Source: Macrostomum lignano (Eukaryota). Taken from it: DNA of 64,000 nt. Numbering within the stretch: position 1 is the stretch's first letter; every line of letters begins with the position of its first letter. Under the pieces are notes generated by a model. It saw nothing but the letters and a program-made list of their open reading frames with translations. It was not told where the DNA came from and did no database searches. The position numbers and the translations under genes were made by a program. Of this stretch, positions 1 to 24,713 are shown one piece after another. The stretch is from the NCBI GenBank assembly GCA_002269645.1, contig NIVC01000525.1, positions 186,001-250,000 of the forward strand, in the 5' to 3' direction.

Positions 1-401
1 TCAAAATTAGAAGCGAAAATGATGATGACTTACCTAGGCGGGGTCGGTATGGGGATGGTTATTCATTTTTTTGCGAATATATTATTGCTTATCGAGTTTG
101 CCACGCCCCGGCTGTTAATATCTTTCTGTTTAATCTGATATGAGAATATCAGTTTGGAATACATATTTAATAGCTTATCTAGACTCTCCCTAACTGCTAG
201 GCTTCTTCTCAAGGTGACAAAAAAGCTTTTAAGCGACAGCAACTCCAGTTTTCTGGCAGTTAGCTGACAAATGTATCTTTATCCCTTATAGGCCCCGGCC
301 TACTTTACCGCCCCCTGGCAACGCTCTTCCATCTCCTTGCCAGCCACAAAAACCAAACACTGGATTGCCGCCATCTCCCTCAGAACCAGCCGCATTTTCA
401 G

Positions 402-1112
402 TCAACTGTAGGCTGACAACTGTAGTCTGTAGGCTGACAACTGTAGTCTGTAGGCTGACAACTGTAGTCTGTAGGCTGACAACTGTAGTCTGTAGGCTGA
501 CAACTGTAGTCTGTAGGCTGACAACTGTAGTCTGTAGGCTGACAACTGTAGTCTGTAGGCTGACAACTGTAGTCTGTAGGCTGACAACTGTAGTCTGTAG
601 GCTGACAACTGTAGTCTGTAGGCTGACAACTGTAGTCTGTAGGCTGACAACTGTAGTCTGTAGGCTGACAACTGTAGTCTGTAGGCTGACAACTGTAGTC
701 TGTAGGCTGACAACTATATAGTCTGTAGGCTGACAACTGTAGTCTGTAGGTTGACAACTGTAGTCTGTAGGCTGACAACTGTAGTCTGTAGGCTGACAAC
801 TGTAGTCTGTAGGCTGACAACTGTAGTCTGTAGGCTGACAACTGTAGTCTGTAGGCTGACAACTGTAGTCTGTAGGCTGACAACTGTAGTCTGTAGGCTG
901 ACAACTGTAGTCTGTAGGCTGACAACTATATAGTCTGTAGGCTGACAACTGTAGTCTGTAGGTTGACAACTGTAGTCTGTAGGCTGACTAGTGAAGGCTG
1001 TAGGCTGACAACTATATATAGTCTGTAGGCTGACAACTGTAGTCTGTAGGCTGACAACTGTAGTCTGTAGGCTGACAACTGTAGTCTGTAGGCTGACAAC
1101 TGTAGTCTGTAG
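402..1112. repeat. 21-bp minisatellite (caactgtagtctgtaggctga)
   Basis: Exact 21-nt period, about 33 copies. Confidence 0.97.
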
Positions 1113-1495
1113 GTTACGTGAAATTTCACTCTAGGCTACGAGTAGTCTCGGCAAAAGTTTTAAAAGCGAAATAATTTTAAATATCTCTATGTAGAGGTAA
1201 AAAAGTTGCGTAAAAGCTTCATTTTGTGCTGCAAAATTCTTGTCTGTAGAAAATGCAACTACGAGCTCGTAGGTCTGTGTTTTAAAAAACCTTTTTGGCT
1301 TCAATACTAAAGACTTACGAGCTATTCTGCTTTTGTTAATGAACAACAAGTTTACAAAAAAATCCTGACCTATGTTTTTTTATCCCAACACGCCCCATAA
1401 GTCAGTGTCATTGTTAACGTAATCTATCATTCAATAAGGCATTGGTCAGACTAAAGTAAAAAATCTGTTTTGTATGCAAAACAAAAAACAGTCTA

Positions 1496-1605
1496 CAGTA
1501 GTCAGCCTCAAGTTGTCTGAAACTGTGGATGGTTTTGGGGAAGGTTCTGCAGTAGTCAGCCTCAAGTTGTCTGAAACTGTGGATGCTTTTGGGGAAGGTT
1601 CTGCT
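1496..1605. repeat. Two-copy 54-bp direct repeat
   Basis: cagtagtcagcctcaagttgtctgaaactgtggatg...ggggaaggttctg at 1496 and 1550. Confidence 0.85.
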
Positions 1606-2139
1606 TCTGGGCCTCCTTGGCCTAGCCAATATCCTTGGCTTCTGTCTCTCTGTTCCTCTCGGCTCCATCTCTCTCTCTCCCCGGCTACGGTATCTCAGCA
1701 TTTGAGCACCTGGACCGTCAAACCAGCCTGCCCCATCGCCGCATCCCCACCTTCCCTCACCGCCTCTTCCGCTCCCAGGCCTGGGCCTCGGCTTCCACCA
1801 CCTTGCTGGCAGGCAGGCAGCTCCAGAAGCCTCCCGCACTATTGCCTGAGATATTACCCCCCCCCTACTTATCCTTCTTATTTTTTCTGTCCCCGCGTGT
1901 CTCGTTCGCTCGGTTTCACCCGTTATTGTCTGTCTGCTCTGCTGCCAGTGTCTATTCTAGCTAGCAATATAGCATTCTCTGTTTGCCCGGCTTCTCTTGC
2001 GAGGTGACGCTTATACACGGCATGGCTGGGCCTGGATATAGATTTAGACTGTTATTGATTGCATCCCGTCCGTCCGCGATGATGCTGCTGAGGTGCTTTT
2101 TGGATTCGTGTAATGAGAATTTTTTTGGCTTACAGTCCA

Positions 2140-2462
2140 TATAGTTTACAGTGTACAGTTTACAGCCTATAGTTTACAGCTTACAGTTTACAGCTTACAG
2201 TTTACAGCTTACAGTTTATAGCTTATATTTTACAGCCTATAGTTTACAGCTTACAGTTTACAGCTTACAGTTTACACCTTATAGTTTGCAGCTTAGAATT
2301 TACAGCTTACAGTTTACAGCTTACAGTTTATAGCTTACAGTTTCCAGTTTATTACTTACAGTTTATGCTCTTGAAGTTATATTTTTCAGACTACAGTTTA
2401 CAATTTACATTCTATAGATTACTGTTTTCAGTTTACAGCTTACAGCTTACAGTTTACAGCTT
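2140..2462. repeat. Degenerate 7-bp repeat (t/c)ttacag
   Basis: Visible tttacag/cttacag runs. Confidence 0.85.
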
Positions 2463-2490
2463 ATACGCTCAGATCTCGCACCCGTTGTAG

Positions 2491-14729
<12,239 letters not shown>

Positions 14730-14905
14730 ACTCAAGCGGGGATTTTGTCTGTCACTAGAATCTATTTCCATGCATGGATGCAGTTTCTCTACTTTCAGTT
14801 CAGTAGCAGTGAAGAATGCGTAAGCTATTTTATGAAAAGAAAGGCGGTTTTGGAGTGACTTGCAGGCGTAAACAACTTGCTATTATTGGTGTAGCCGCAA
14901 TGTAC

Positions 14906-15353
14906 ATTAGCCAGAGCCACTGAGAATGTACATGGCGGGGCCAAGGCTGGAACATACCGGGGAAGGCAATAAAAATGGGGGGTCTGAGCTTGGTAAGAGA
15001 TTTTGTGCCGAAAGACGCGGTCTGAGGGGCTCACTGATACTACGAGTAAAATGATTAGCCAGAGCCACTGAGAATGTACATGGCGGGGCCAAGGCTGGAA
15101 CATACCGGGGAAGGCAATAAAAATGGGGGGGTCTGAGCTTGGTAAGAGATTTTGTGCCGAAAGACGCGGTCTGAGGGGCTCACTGATACTACGAGTAAAA
15201 TGATTAGCCAGAGCCACTGAGAATGTACATGGCGGGGCCAAGGCTGGAACATACTGGGGAAGGCAATAAAAATGGGGGGTCTGAGGCTTGGTAAGAGATT
15301 TTGTGCCGAAAGACGCGGTCTGAGGGGCTCACTGATACTACGAGTAAAATGAC
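14906..15353 (+). repeat. Three ~148-bp direct repeats downstream of the PKC stop, each with AATAAA
   Basis: attagccagagcc at 14906, 15054 and 15203; aataaa at 14968, 15116 and 15265. Confidence 0.92.
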
Positions 15354-15793
15354 TAGATGGGCCAACTCAGGCATATATACTCGTACTTTAGTAAAACAGC
15401 TTTCTACTTCCAGTTCAGTAGCAAAAAGAATGCATAAGCATATTTAATAAAAATAAAGGCAGCTGAATTGACTTTGATAAGTTTAGAAGCCAAAGCTTGC
15501 TGGCGTAAACTACTTGCTAATTGGTTCAGCAGTAATTGTACTGGACATTAGCCAGTCCACTGAAATGTACATAAGTAGCTTTAGGCTGAATTCCGAGAAA
15601 GGCAATAAAAATTGGGGTGCGGGCCTGCGGGGGGGGGGGGTAGTGTGGAAAGGCGCAGTTAGAGGGTTTAAGCTGAGAGGTAAGAGCCAATAAATGAGCC
15701 TTGGCTTTAAAATAAATTAAAATGCTTCTGTTTAACCAATACTACTGAATTGAAAGTAGTTTGCACGCAAATGTGCTGAGTGGCCCATCTAGT
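15352..15793. mobile_element. Putative MITE/foldback element
   Basis: Left end actagatgggcc and right end ggcccatctagt are perfect 12-bp inverted termini within a longer imperfect TIR (ctactt.cagttcagtag); a similar terminus recurs near 49935-49995. Confidence 0.5.
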
Positions 15794-16374
15794 TATTCTA
15801 GTATCTGGGGCGGGGTTCAGCCAGGGGTGTAAGAGGGCCAATAAACCGGTCTTGTCCTAATATACACTAAAATACTTCTATTAAACGTTTCTCACTGAAC
15901 TGAAATAAGTTTTACTGTTTACATGCCATGTGACACAAATGTGACGTGTGGATTTGCACCTATCAGAGAATAAAATTGAATGCCAACTTGAAAGAAGTCG
16001 AAGAAGAGAATCCAATTTCGCCTCCAGTCCGGTCGGCATTCATTTTCTCTTAATTAGCTTTTAATGGCCGAGTTTAATGACCAACAAATAATTATATTGA
16101 TTATCAGAGAATTGGGCATCCGCGTCTATTTACTTTTTTTGTGTCCTGCCCGCCTGACATACAATACGTGTTATCTATGTGGCAATATTGTCGAATTTAA
16201 TCGCTATAAATTATTTACCGAATTATGCAAACAAAAATTTTGAGACCAAGCACCATTTATTCCGTGTTTGTGTCCGTCTGTCGGTTTTTACTGTCAAAGT
16301 TTACAATATAGCCTTTATTCCTAGCAATACATTGCGAAAATTTAATTTGCTTAACCTCTTAACAATGGAAGCAC

Positions 16375-18622
16375 ATAGGAAATGTAAGGACACTTTATTA
16401 AACCAAGTAACTAGGCAACATGTAAATCCACATCATTCAACCGCGCACCAAAAACCCCACACCATTGAACCCCACACCATTGAACCCCACACCATTGAAC
16501 CCCACACCATTGAACCCCACACCATTGGACCCCACACCATTGAACCCCACACCATTAAACCCCACACCATTAAACCCCACACCATTAAATCCCACACCAT
16601 TAAACCCCACACCATTAAACCCCACACCATTAAACCCCACACCATTAAACCCCACACCATTAAACCCCACACCATTAAACCCCACACCATTAAACCCCAC
16701 ACCATTAAACCCCACACCATTAACCCCACACCATTAAACCCCACACCATTAAACCCCACACCATTAAACCCCACACCAGGAAATCCCACACCATTAGACC
16801 CCACACCAGGAAATCCCACCATTAAACCCCACACCATTAGACCCCATACCAGGAAATCCCACACCAGAAAAAGCCACACCAGGAAAACCCACTCCAGAAA
16901 AACCCACACCAGGAAAACCTACTCCAGAAAACCCACTCCAGAAAAACCCACTCCAGAAAAACCCACACCAGGAAAACCCACTCCAGGAAAACCCACTCCA
17001 GAAAAACCCACTCCAGAAAAACCCACACCAGGAAAACCCACTCCAGGAAAACCCACTCCAGAAAAACCCACACCATGAAAACCCACACCAGGAAAGGCAA
17101 AGCAACACACCAGACGGCTCGGGCCCAACCCAAATAACTCATAAACTTACATAAGCTTCTCATAAGATTTGTTCAACATAGGAAATGTAAGGACACTTTA
17201 TTAAACCAAGTAACTAGGCAACATGTAAATCCACATCATTCAACCGCGCACCAAAAACCCCACACCATTGAACCCCACACCATTGAACCCCACACCATTG
17301 AACCCCACACCATTGAACCCCACACCATTGAACCCCACACCATTGAACCCCACACCATTGAACCCCACACCATTGGACCCCACACCATTGAACCCCACAC
17401 CATTAAACCCCACACCATTAAACCCCACACCATTAAATCCCACACCATTAAACCCCACACCATTAAACCCCACACCATTAAACCCCACACCATTAAACCC
17501 CACACCATTAAACCCCACACCATTAACCCCACACCATTAAACCCCACACCATTAAACCCCACACCATTAAACCCCACACCAGGAAATCCCACACCATTAG
17601 ACCCCACACCAGGAAATCCCACCATTAAACCCCACACCATTAGACCCCATACCAGGAAATCCCACACCAGAAAAAGCCACACCAGGAAAACCCACTCCAG
17701 AAAAACCCACACCAGGAAAACCTACTCCAGAAAACCCACTCCAGAAAAACCCACACCAGGAAAACCCACTCCAGAAAAACCCATACCAGGAAAACCCACA
17801 CCATTAAAACCCACACTAGGAAAACCCACACCAGGAAAAGCCACTCCAGAAAAACCCACACCAGGAAAACCCACTCCAGGAAAACCCACTCCAGAAAAAC
17901 CCACTCCAGAAAAACCCACACCAGGAAAACCCACTCCAGGAAAACCCACTCCAGAAAAACCCACACCATGAAAACCCACACCAGGAAAGGCAAAGCAACA
18001 CACCAGACGGCTCGGGCCCAACCCAAATAACTCATAAACTTACATAAGCTTCTCATAAGATTTGTTCAACATAGGAAATGTAAGGACACTTTATTAAACC
18101 AAGTAACTAGGCAACATGTAAATCCACATCATTCAACCGCGCACCAAAAACCCCACACCATTGAACCCCACACCATTGAACCCCACACCATTGAACCCCA
18201 CACCATTGAACCCCACACCATTGAACCCCACACCATTGAACCCCACACCATTGAACCCCACACCATTGAACCCCACACCATTGAACCCCACACCATTGGA
18301 CCCCACACCATTGAACCCCACACCATTAAACCCCACACCATTAAACCCCACACCATTAAATCCCACACCATTAAACCCCACACGATTAAACCCCACACCA
18401 TTAAACCCCACACCATTAAACCCCACACCATTAAACCCCACACCATTAAACCCCACACCATTAAACCCCACACCATTAAACCTCACACCATTAAACCCCA
18501 CACCATTAAACCCCACACCATTAAACCCCACACCAGGAAAGGCAAAGCAACACACCAGACGGCTCGGGCCCAACCCAAATAACTCATAAACTTACATAAG
18601 CTTCTCATAAGATTTGTTCAAC
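16375..18622. repeat. Higher-order repeat: three head-to-tail units (start 16375, 17178, 18071), each unique head + 15-bp ccccacaccatt(g/a)aa array + aaaacccac(a/t)ccag array (largely missing in unit 3) + unique tail
   Basis: Identical head (ataggaaatgtaaggacac...) and tail (...cagacggctcgggcccaacc...gatttgttcaac) in all three units. Confidence 0.93.
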
Positions 18623-21304
18623 TTCTCAAAGTCGGTGTTCATAGAGAAAAGCCCCCTCAACACTTGAAGGCTTGGGCCGACGCTGCACGCGCATAGTGTT
18701 CTATCTAGCTGACCCAGAGACTGAGTCTTGGTCAAATCTGAATCAAAGCTGCGCACCATTTTTGTTCCTTTTCTAATTATTTCTATTGTAGAAATTTACT
18801 CAGACTAAGGCTGTCTATTCGCGTTCCAGGTGGTGAAGTTTAGTATGAAAACAGGTGTTAATTATGGCACAGTTAATTTGTTACGCTAATCTGTATGCAT
18901 GCACAAGGCTGCAGCGTAGCAGCGGTGATAATTGCACAATAAATCAGGTTATTTTTTATTGAAATTAGAACGTCTTTTCCTAACTATATATATTTATATC
19001 AAATTTAGGCTGCATGTCCGCTATTTACAATTTATAAGCTTGCTTTATTTTTATGTCGAATCAATTAATGGGCACAATGTTTTTTTCAGCGCGATTTCTT
19101 CAACTCGAGGCCTAGTCAAGTTTGTGTGCTTTTTCTCTCGAAACTGTTTACCGCTCTACTATGAGTAGGCTGCGCGCTTATTGCAGCTGATATTTTACTC
19201 TCCCTACTGAGTTGTGGAGTTTCTCTTTGCCTCTGTCTAACTTTCCTTATAATTGTTTCTGTACAACTTTCTATTGCGAGTCCAAGTATTTGTTGTGCCT
19301 AATTGACTGACCTTGTTTAACATCTTGTAATCGCCTGTCATGTAAGCAGATCATTTTTTATTCATTTATTACTGTTTATCTCCAGTTTTGTCAGCTGCGA
19401 TTTATTTATTACAAACATTTTCTGTCTTTTGGCTATTGTTGTTTATTGCTGGAATATCAAATTAATATAACAGCTGCATTCTGTCTGGACTGTCACGCTT
19501 TGTGTTTCGCGTATTGTTTCAAATAAAACAGCTCTTAGTTCAGTGTTCCATGCTATCAGAATCACGGCTGCGCCTGCTGCCCGCCCTTCTCAGTTATTGC
19601 TCGCTAAGGGGCAAGGAGATAACAAAGGGTAGCGGGGGAAGGAGAGGGCAGAGGGCAGCAGGGAAAGGGGATAGCTGAGGGTAGCGGGGGAACGAGATAG
19701 CAGAGGGCAGCAGATGGAGAGGGCAAAGGGCAGTGGGGGAAGGAGAGGGCAGAGGGCAGCGGGGGGGAGGAGATGGCAGAAGGTCGAGGGTAGCGAGGGG
19801 AGATACATATCTATCTAATGTGAACACTTTGAGGCATAGCTACTATCAGTAGAATCGTGCATGAGAAATGCAAAAAAATCGTATCAGTCGGGGGCTGTGT
19901 ACGGGTTGCATATCTATCCGCGATAGACTTCTGCGCCAAACAAAAGTATTCAGACTGCAGAACGTTGGCTCTGCGACCGTCGTAGCAAGACGCCGCTGAG
20001 CGGAGCGAGCCAGGAGTGCTGCTTAGGAAGGAGCAGAGCTGGGGGAGGAGGCGGAGAGGAACCATCACGTCCATCACGTCAACCCTCTTTCCCTTTCCCT
20101 GAGCTGAGCTCGGGGGGAAAAGGGGAAAATGAGGCTGAAGGCATGGGGAAGACAGAGAGAGGCAGTGCCTGCCACGAGGGGGGGGGTAGCTTTCCCTTTC
20201 TCCTCCCTCTCTCCCCGATCCCCATCCCACTGTCTCTCAGCAAGTGCAGATCGGATCCTCCGGCAGTCCCAGGTCGGACCTGTACGCCTCTCGAGTCCTC
20301 CTATTTTCCCCCAGTCTCCGAGGCCTCCCCAACCCACCGCTGCCGCTACGCTGCCTGTCTGCTGTTACCCGCCTCCTTAACATGTCCGCTACGGCTCAAC
20401 TCGAGCGACCCTCTGAAGCTGCCGCTGTCACCCTGCACTGATCTCCGCTCCCGTGTATTGCGTTTCCTCAGTCTTCCTCCCTTCCCGCCGATATGCGAGA
20501 AACACACAATCAAGAAAAGGGGACAGCCTGTGCTGCGGGAGCAAGCTCTATCTGCGACAGCCCCGCCCCAACCCATCTCATAGCCACTTAATACTCAAGA
20601 AATATGCATTCATTCCTACAAGAGGATGAAAGCGGTTCAGATTAACAAAAATAATTCTTTAAAAAAGCCTTTTTTCGGCGGGCCAGCGAATGGTATTTGA
20701 CGGCACGCCGGCTGCCCTACTTCAAGTGCAGCCCGGGCCGCCCGCCCTCTTGTCTGCTGCTTTGCACCGTGCACGGTCGCAAATTTATTCGGCATTGACC
20801 GCGTCGATAAATAAACTGTTCTGCCCCCCCCCCCAGTGTCCTCCCAGCCCTTTCCCTCCTCCCAGACCCGGCTCGGCCTCCTCGGCAGTTCCTGACGTCA
20901 GATGCAAATAAATGGGATAAAAATAGAGCGCCATCTCCCCACTCTTTCTGTGTGTGTCTGTGTGTTCCCTCCAATCGTTCTCCCAGTCTCCCCTTTAGCA
21001 GCAGCCTCTCCGACTCCGACTTTCTTCTTCTCCCTACTGGCCCCTCCATCAACTCGGGCGGCTTGAGCAGCAAGGCTGATTGATGCCACTCCGATCGGCC
21101 TGGGTGCCTGGCGATTTACTTTATTATTAGGCTTTTTTATTTTAGTGCTTTCAGCACTTTCAGTCTCTATAGTAGCGGGCCTCGATTGGAAATGAACATG
21201 GCAGCCCGTCCGCTGAAAATGTCTATGGCCAAAACCCTACTGGCTCCGCAGTACAAAGCCAAAGCAATATTTTTCACTCGCCGAGAGACTGTCTGTGGTA
21301 AATC

Positions 21305-21397
21305 CTTGCTTGGTGCTGGCGCCCCTTGGTGCTGGCGCCCCTTGGTGCTGGCGCCCCTTGGTGCTGGCGCCCCTTGGTGCTGGCGCCCCTTGGTGCT
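21305..21397. repeat. 16-bp minisatellite (ccccttggtgctggcg)
   Basis: About 5-6 units. Confidence 0.88.
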
Positions 21398-22496
21398 TTC
21401 TCACATACGTTAGATAGTGCTTTCTCATAAAATGAGAAAAGTCTAGAGAAAATATACTAAAGAGAAAGGAACAAGTGCAAGTTACTTGCCAGAATTGCCA
21501 GAAATGGAGAACGAAAATGAAAAAATAACAGCAGAAACTAAAAGTATAGTTGAATTATAATGCTATTTTTAGACATCGAAAATGTTCGCAAACTCGCCTT
21601 GTTACGGATAATTATGCGCATATATTTATTAATCAATACATTTATACCTGCTTGTACAGCCAGGAAACTAGCTGTTAGTTTTTTGTGTTGCCAAATAAAA
21701 TTAGAAATCACAAACTGCAGTTAATACGAACAGAGCAGCAAGTAGTGGTAATGAAATATTAATAACCTAATTAGTTAGCAATACATGCCGGACAATACGG
21801 GCTATTTTAATTAAAACGATTCGAGTCTCGATTTCATTAATTATTCAAGAGTATGTTGCGTGCCAGCAGAGGGGGCTGGGGGCTGGCGGAGGGATGGTCG
21901 CAGAACAAAAAGCAGTGAGTGCTGTTCTTATTCGGTGAATTGTTTTTGTTTAAAAATATGAAGGCAAAACAAACCAGACACAAGTGTAGGCATAGATAGA
22001 TGGATAACTAGAGTATAGTATGGATGCAATAGATAATGAAAAATAGCATTCTTTATTTGTACATGATAATCCAGGTCATAGGGACTAGCAGGTCATAGCA
22101 GCCAGATTAGAAAGAGATTCAGAATTAAAAGTATGACTCTATGCGCACTGCTGCGACAACAACACGTTTATTAGCTAAATAGGAGAGGAATACACAGACA
22201 CCAATTGCGGTTTACAGAATAGTAAAAAAGGCTAATTATTCAATATTTAATCGCATATAATATGCATAAAACAGTGAATGTCGGCAGCTTGAAAATATCT
22301 TTTATAGTATCAGATTTGTACATGCGGAGAAATACTGCAGCATTAAAATTGACTAAATAACTGACTAGTGAAGTTGGGGCACAACAGGGGCCAAGTGAGG
22401 CGTGTTAATCAACAAAATTTAAAATAGATTAATGCATAACAGTTTTCTGAATTGCACAGCGAACTTAGATTCAGCTCAATCATCTTGTTGTGTCAG

Positions 22497-23621
22497 CGTG
22501 TCATTTGCGGTACTGCAGCTGGGAAGGTAGCTGGGACTGCTGTGTGTCATTTGCGGTACTGCAGCTGGGAAGGTAGCTGGGACTGCTGTGTGTCATTTGC
22601 GGTACTGCAGCTGGGAAGGTAGCTGGGACTGCTGTGTGTCATTTGCGGTACTGCAGCTGGGAAGGTAGCTGGGACTGCTGTGTGTCATTTGCGGTACTGC
22701 AGCTGGGAAGGTAGCTGGGACTGCTGTGTGTCATTTGCGGTACTGCAGCTGGGAAGGTAGCTGGGACTGCTGTGTGTCATTTGCGGTACTGCAGCTGGGA
22801 AGGTAGCTGGGACTGCTGTGTGTCATTTGCGGTACTGCAGCTGGGAAGGTAGCTGGGACTGCTGTGTGTCATTTGCGGTACTGCAGCTGGGAAGGTAGCT
22901 GGGACTGCTGTGTGTCATTTGCGGTACTGCAGCTGGGAAGGTAGCTGGGACTGCTGTGTGTCATTTGCGGTACTGCAGCTGGGAAGGTAGCTGGGACTGC
23001 TGTGTGTCAGTTGCGGTACTGCAGCTGGGAGGGTAGCTGGGACTGCTGTGTGTCATTTGCGGTACTGCAGCTGGGAAGGTAGCTGGGACTGCTGTGTGTC
23101 ATTTGCGGTACTGCAGCTGGGAAGGTAGCTGGGACTGCTGTGTGTCATTTGCGGTACTGCAGCTGGGAAGGTAGCTGGGACTGCTGTGTGTCATTTGCGG
23201 TACTGCAGCTGGGAAGGTAGCTGGGACTGCTGTGTGTCAGTTGCGGTACTGCAGCTGGGAAGGTAGCTGGGACTGCTGTGTGTCATTTGCGGTACTGCAG
23301 CTGGGAAGGTAGCTGGGACTGCTGTGTGTCATTTGCGGTACTGCAGCTGGGAAGGTAGCTGGGACTGCTGTGTGTCATTTGCGGTACTGCAGCTGGGAAG
23401 GTAGCTGGGACTGCTGTGTGTCATTTGCGGTACTGCAGCTGGGAAGGTAGCTGGGACTGCTGTGTGTCATTTGCGGTACTGCAGCTGGGAAGGTAGCTGG
23501 GACTGCTGTGTGTCATTTGCGGTACTGCAGCTGGGAAGGTAGCTGGGACTGCTGTGTGTCAGTTGCGGTACTGCAGCTGGGAAGGTAGCTGGGACTGCTG
23601 TGTGTCAGTTGCGGTACTGCA
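22497..23621. repeat. 46-bp satellite (gtgtgtcatttgcggtactgcagctgggaaggtagctgggactgct), about 24 near-identical units
   Basis: Period 46; intergenic between the PKC and DGK 3' ends. Confidence 0.98.
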
Positions 23622-24189
23622 TTCGAAAAAGTGTTTATTTATCCGCTTTCCTTCAGTCCCATATTGCTAAGAGAATTTGCACAGTTATAACTAAAGTGGG
23701 ACAAATATGCTGCGTGTCAGACACAGGCTACCAGCTGATTACGAATGCGTGAATCAATTTAAATCTAGTTAGTTTGCCTAAGCAGTATTGTAAAAGTAGC
23801 ATAAAATTACGCGAACTCGTCAGTCAGCCGAGGCAGCCTCGGATTTTTAGTGCGCGATAAATATAGGAAATTCAAGACGCCTTTATCACAATTGAATTAG
23901 TTATACGAGATGTACAAATCTTTGTAGCAAAATCTAGATAAACGCTAATTCTTGAAATTAATGCGCACTTTGACTTTGGACAAGAATAAATTGTAGATAT
24001 AGTGAGTCAGTGACCTATTCATCTTTTGCAGAATCTAGAAGCCGACCAAAAGGAATAAATCACAAGTTTTAACTAATGTCAGAAAATAGTGAAATATAAA
24101 AAATATACACTGTGTCTCGAGTGTTCAGGCACTCAATTGCAGAGAAGTTGGATGCTTGTGCATTGCAAAAACAGCGCGGGACAAATAGG

Positions 24190-24430
24190 ATAGTCAAACA
24201 CACCCACCCCACTCCGCGCGGGCAGAGAGTATGGAAAAACACCCACCCACACACCCACTCTTTGCGGGACAGAGAAGATAGTCAAACACACACCCCACTC
24301 CGCGCGGGGCAGAAAGGATAGCCAAAGACACCAACCCCACTCCGCGCGGGGCAGAGAGGATAGTCAAAAACACATACCCACCCACCCACCCGACTCCTTT
24401 CGGGGCAGAGAGGATAGTAAAACACACACT
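24190..24430. repeat. Degenerate direct repeats (cactccgcgcggg(g)cagagaggatagtc)
   Basis: 4-5 diverged units; superficially similar to the 42-bp repeat at 25135. Confidence 0.7.
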
Positions 24431-24515
24431 CAACTTTCCATGAAAAAGACTTAAATCGAACCAGAAAGTTTAGAAAATTTAGAAATCGTTTGTGTACATA
24501 AGTATTTTAAAGTTT

Positions 24516-24713
24516 CTAGTCAGAGCCACCAGTGGCGCCCTCATCTGGAGGAGGAGTCGGGCACTGGCTGGGCTCCAGGTTATAGAAGGACGGCTCCGCC
24601 AAGGCCCCGCGTCCTTTTGACTTTCCTTTGCACTTTTTCAACATAGAAGCACGAAGTGCGCTGCGCAAAACAACAACTTGTCCGCTCGATTGGACCCATG
24701 GTTCTCCGTCGAT
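24516..24713 (-). CDS. DGKQ: DGK-theta last exon (IDGEPWVQ...GGSD*)
   Basis: ttcag acceptor; DGEPW motif; ends TAG. Confidence 0.93.
   Translation of the reverse strand: MDGEPWVQSSGQVVVLRSALRASMLKKCKGKSKGRGALAEPSFYNLEPSQCPTPPPDEGATGGSD

Noticed and set aside
26-70. Minus-strand donor (ag/gtaagt) near position 28-35 suggesting another exon
   Set aside because: It is an isolated motif at the window edge with no supportable reading frame or partner exon.
2471-2490. Earlier acceptor (ctcag at 2472) for the first PKC exon
   Set aside because: The kinase frame has an in-frame TAG at 2488-2490, so the exon must start at 2491.
19590-21100. Protein-coding gene among the short GC-rich ORFs between PKC and DGK
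   Set aside because: Low-complexity ORFs on both strands with no recognisable motif or consistent splice pattern. They resemble other GC-rich element-like fragments (e.g. ~1650-2030, 27240-27420, 33200-33450).
22497-23621. CRISPR-like array (also considered for 31444-31980 and 58232-58890)
   Set aside because: Units are contiguous tandem copies with no unique spacers, there are no cas genes, and the context is eukaryotic.
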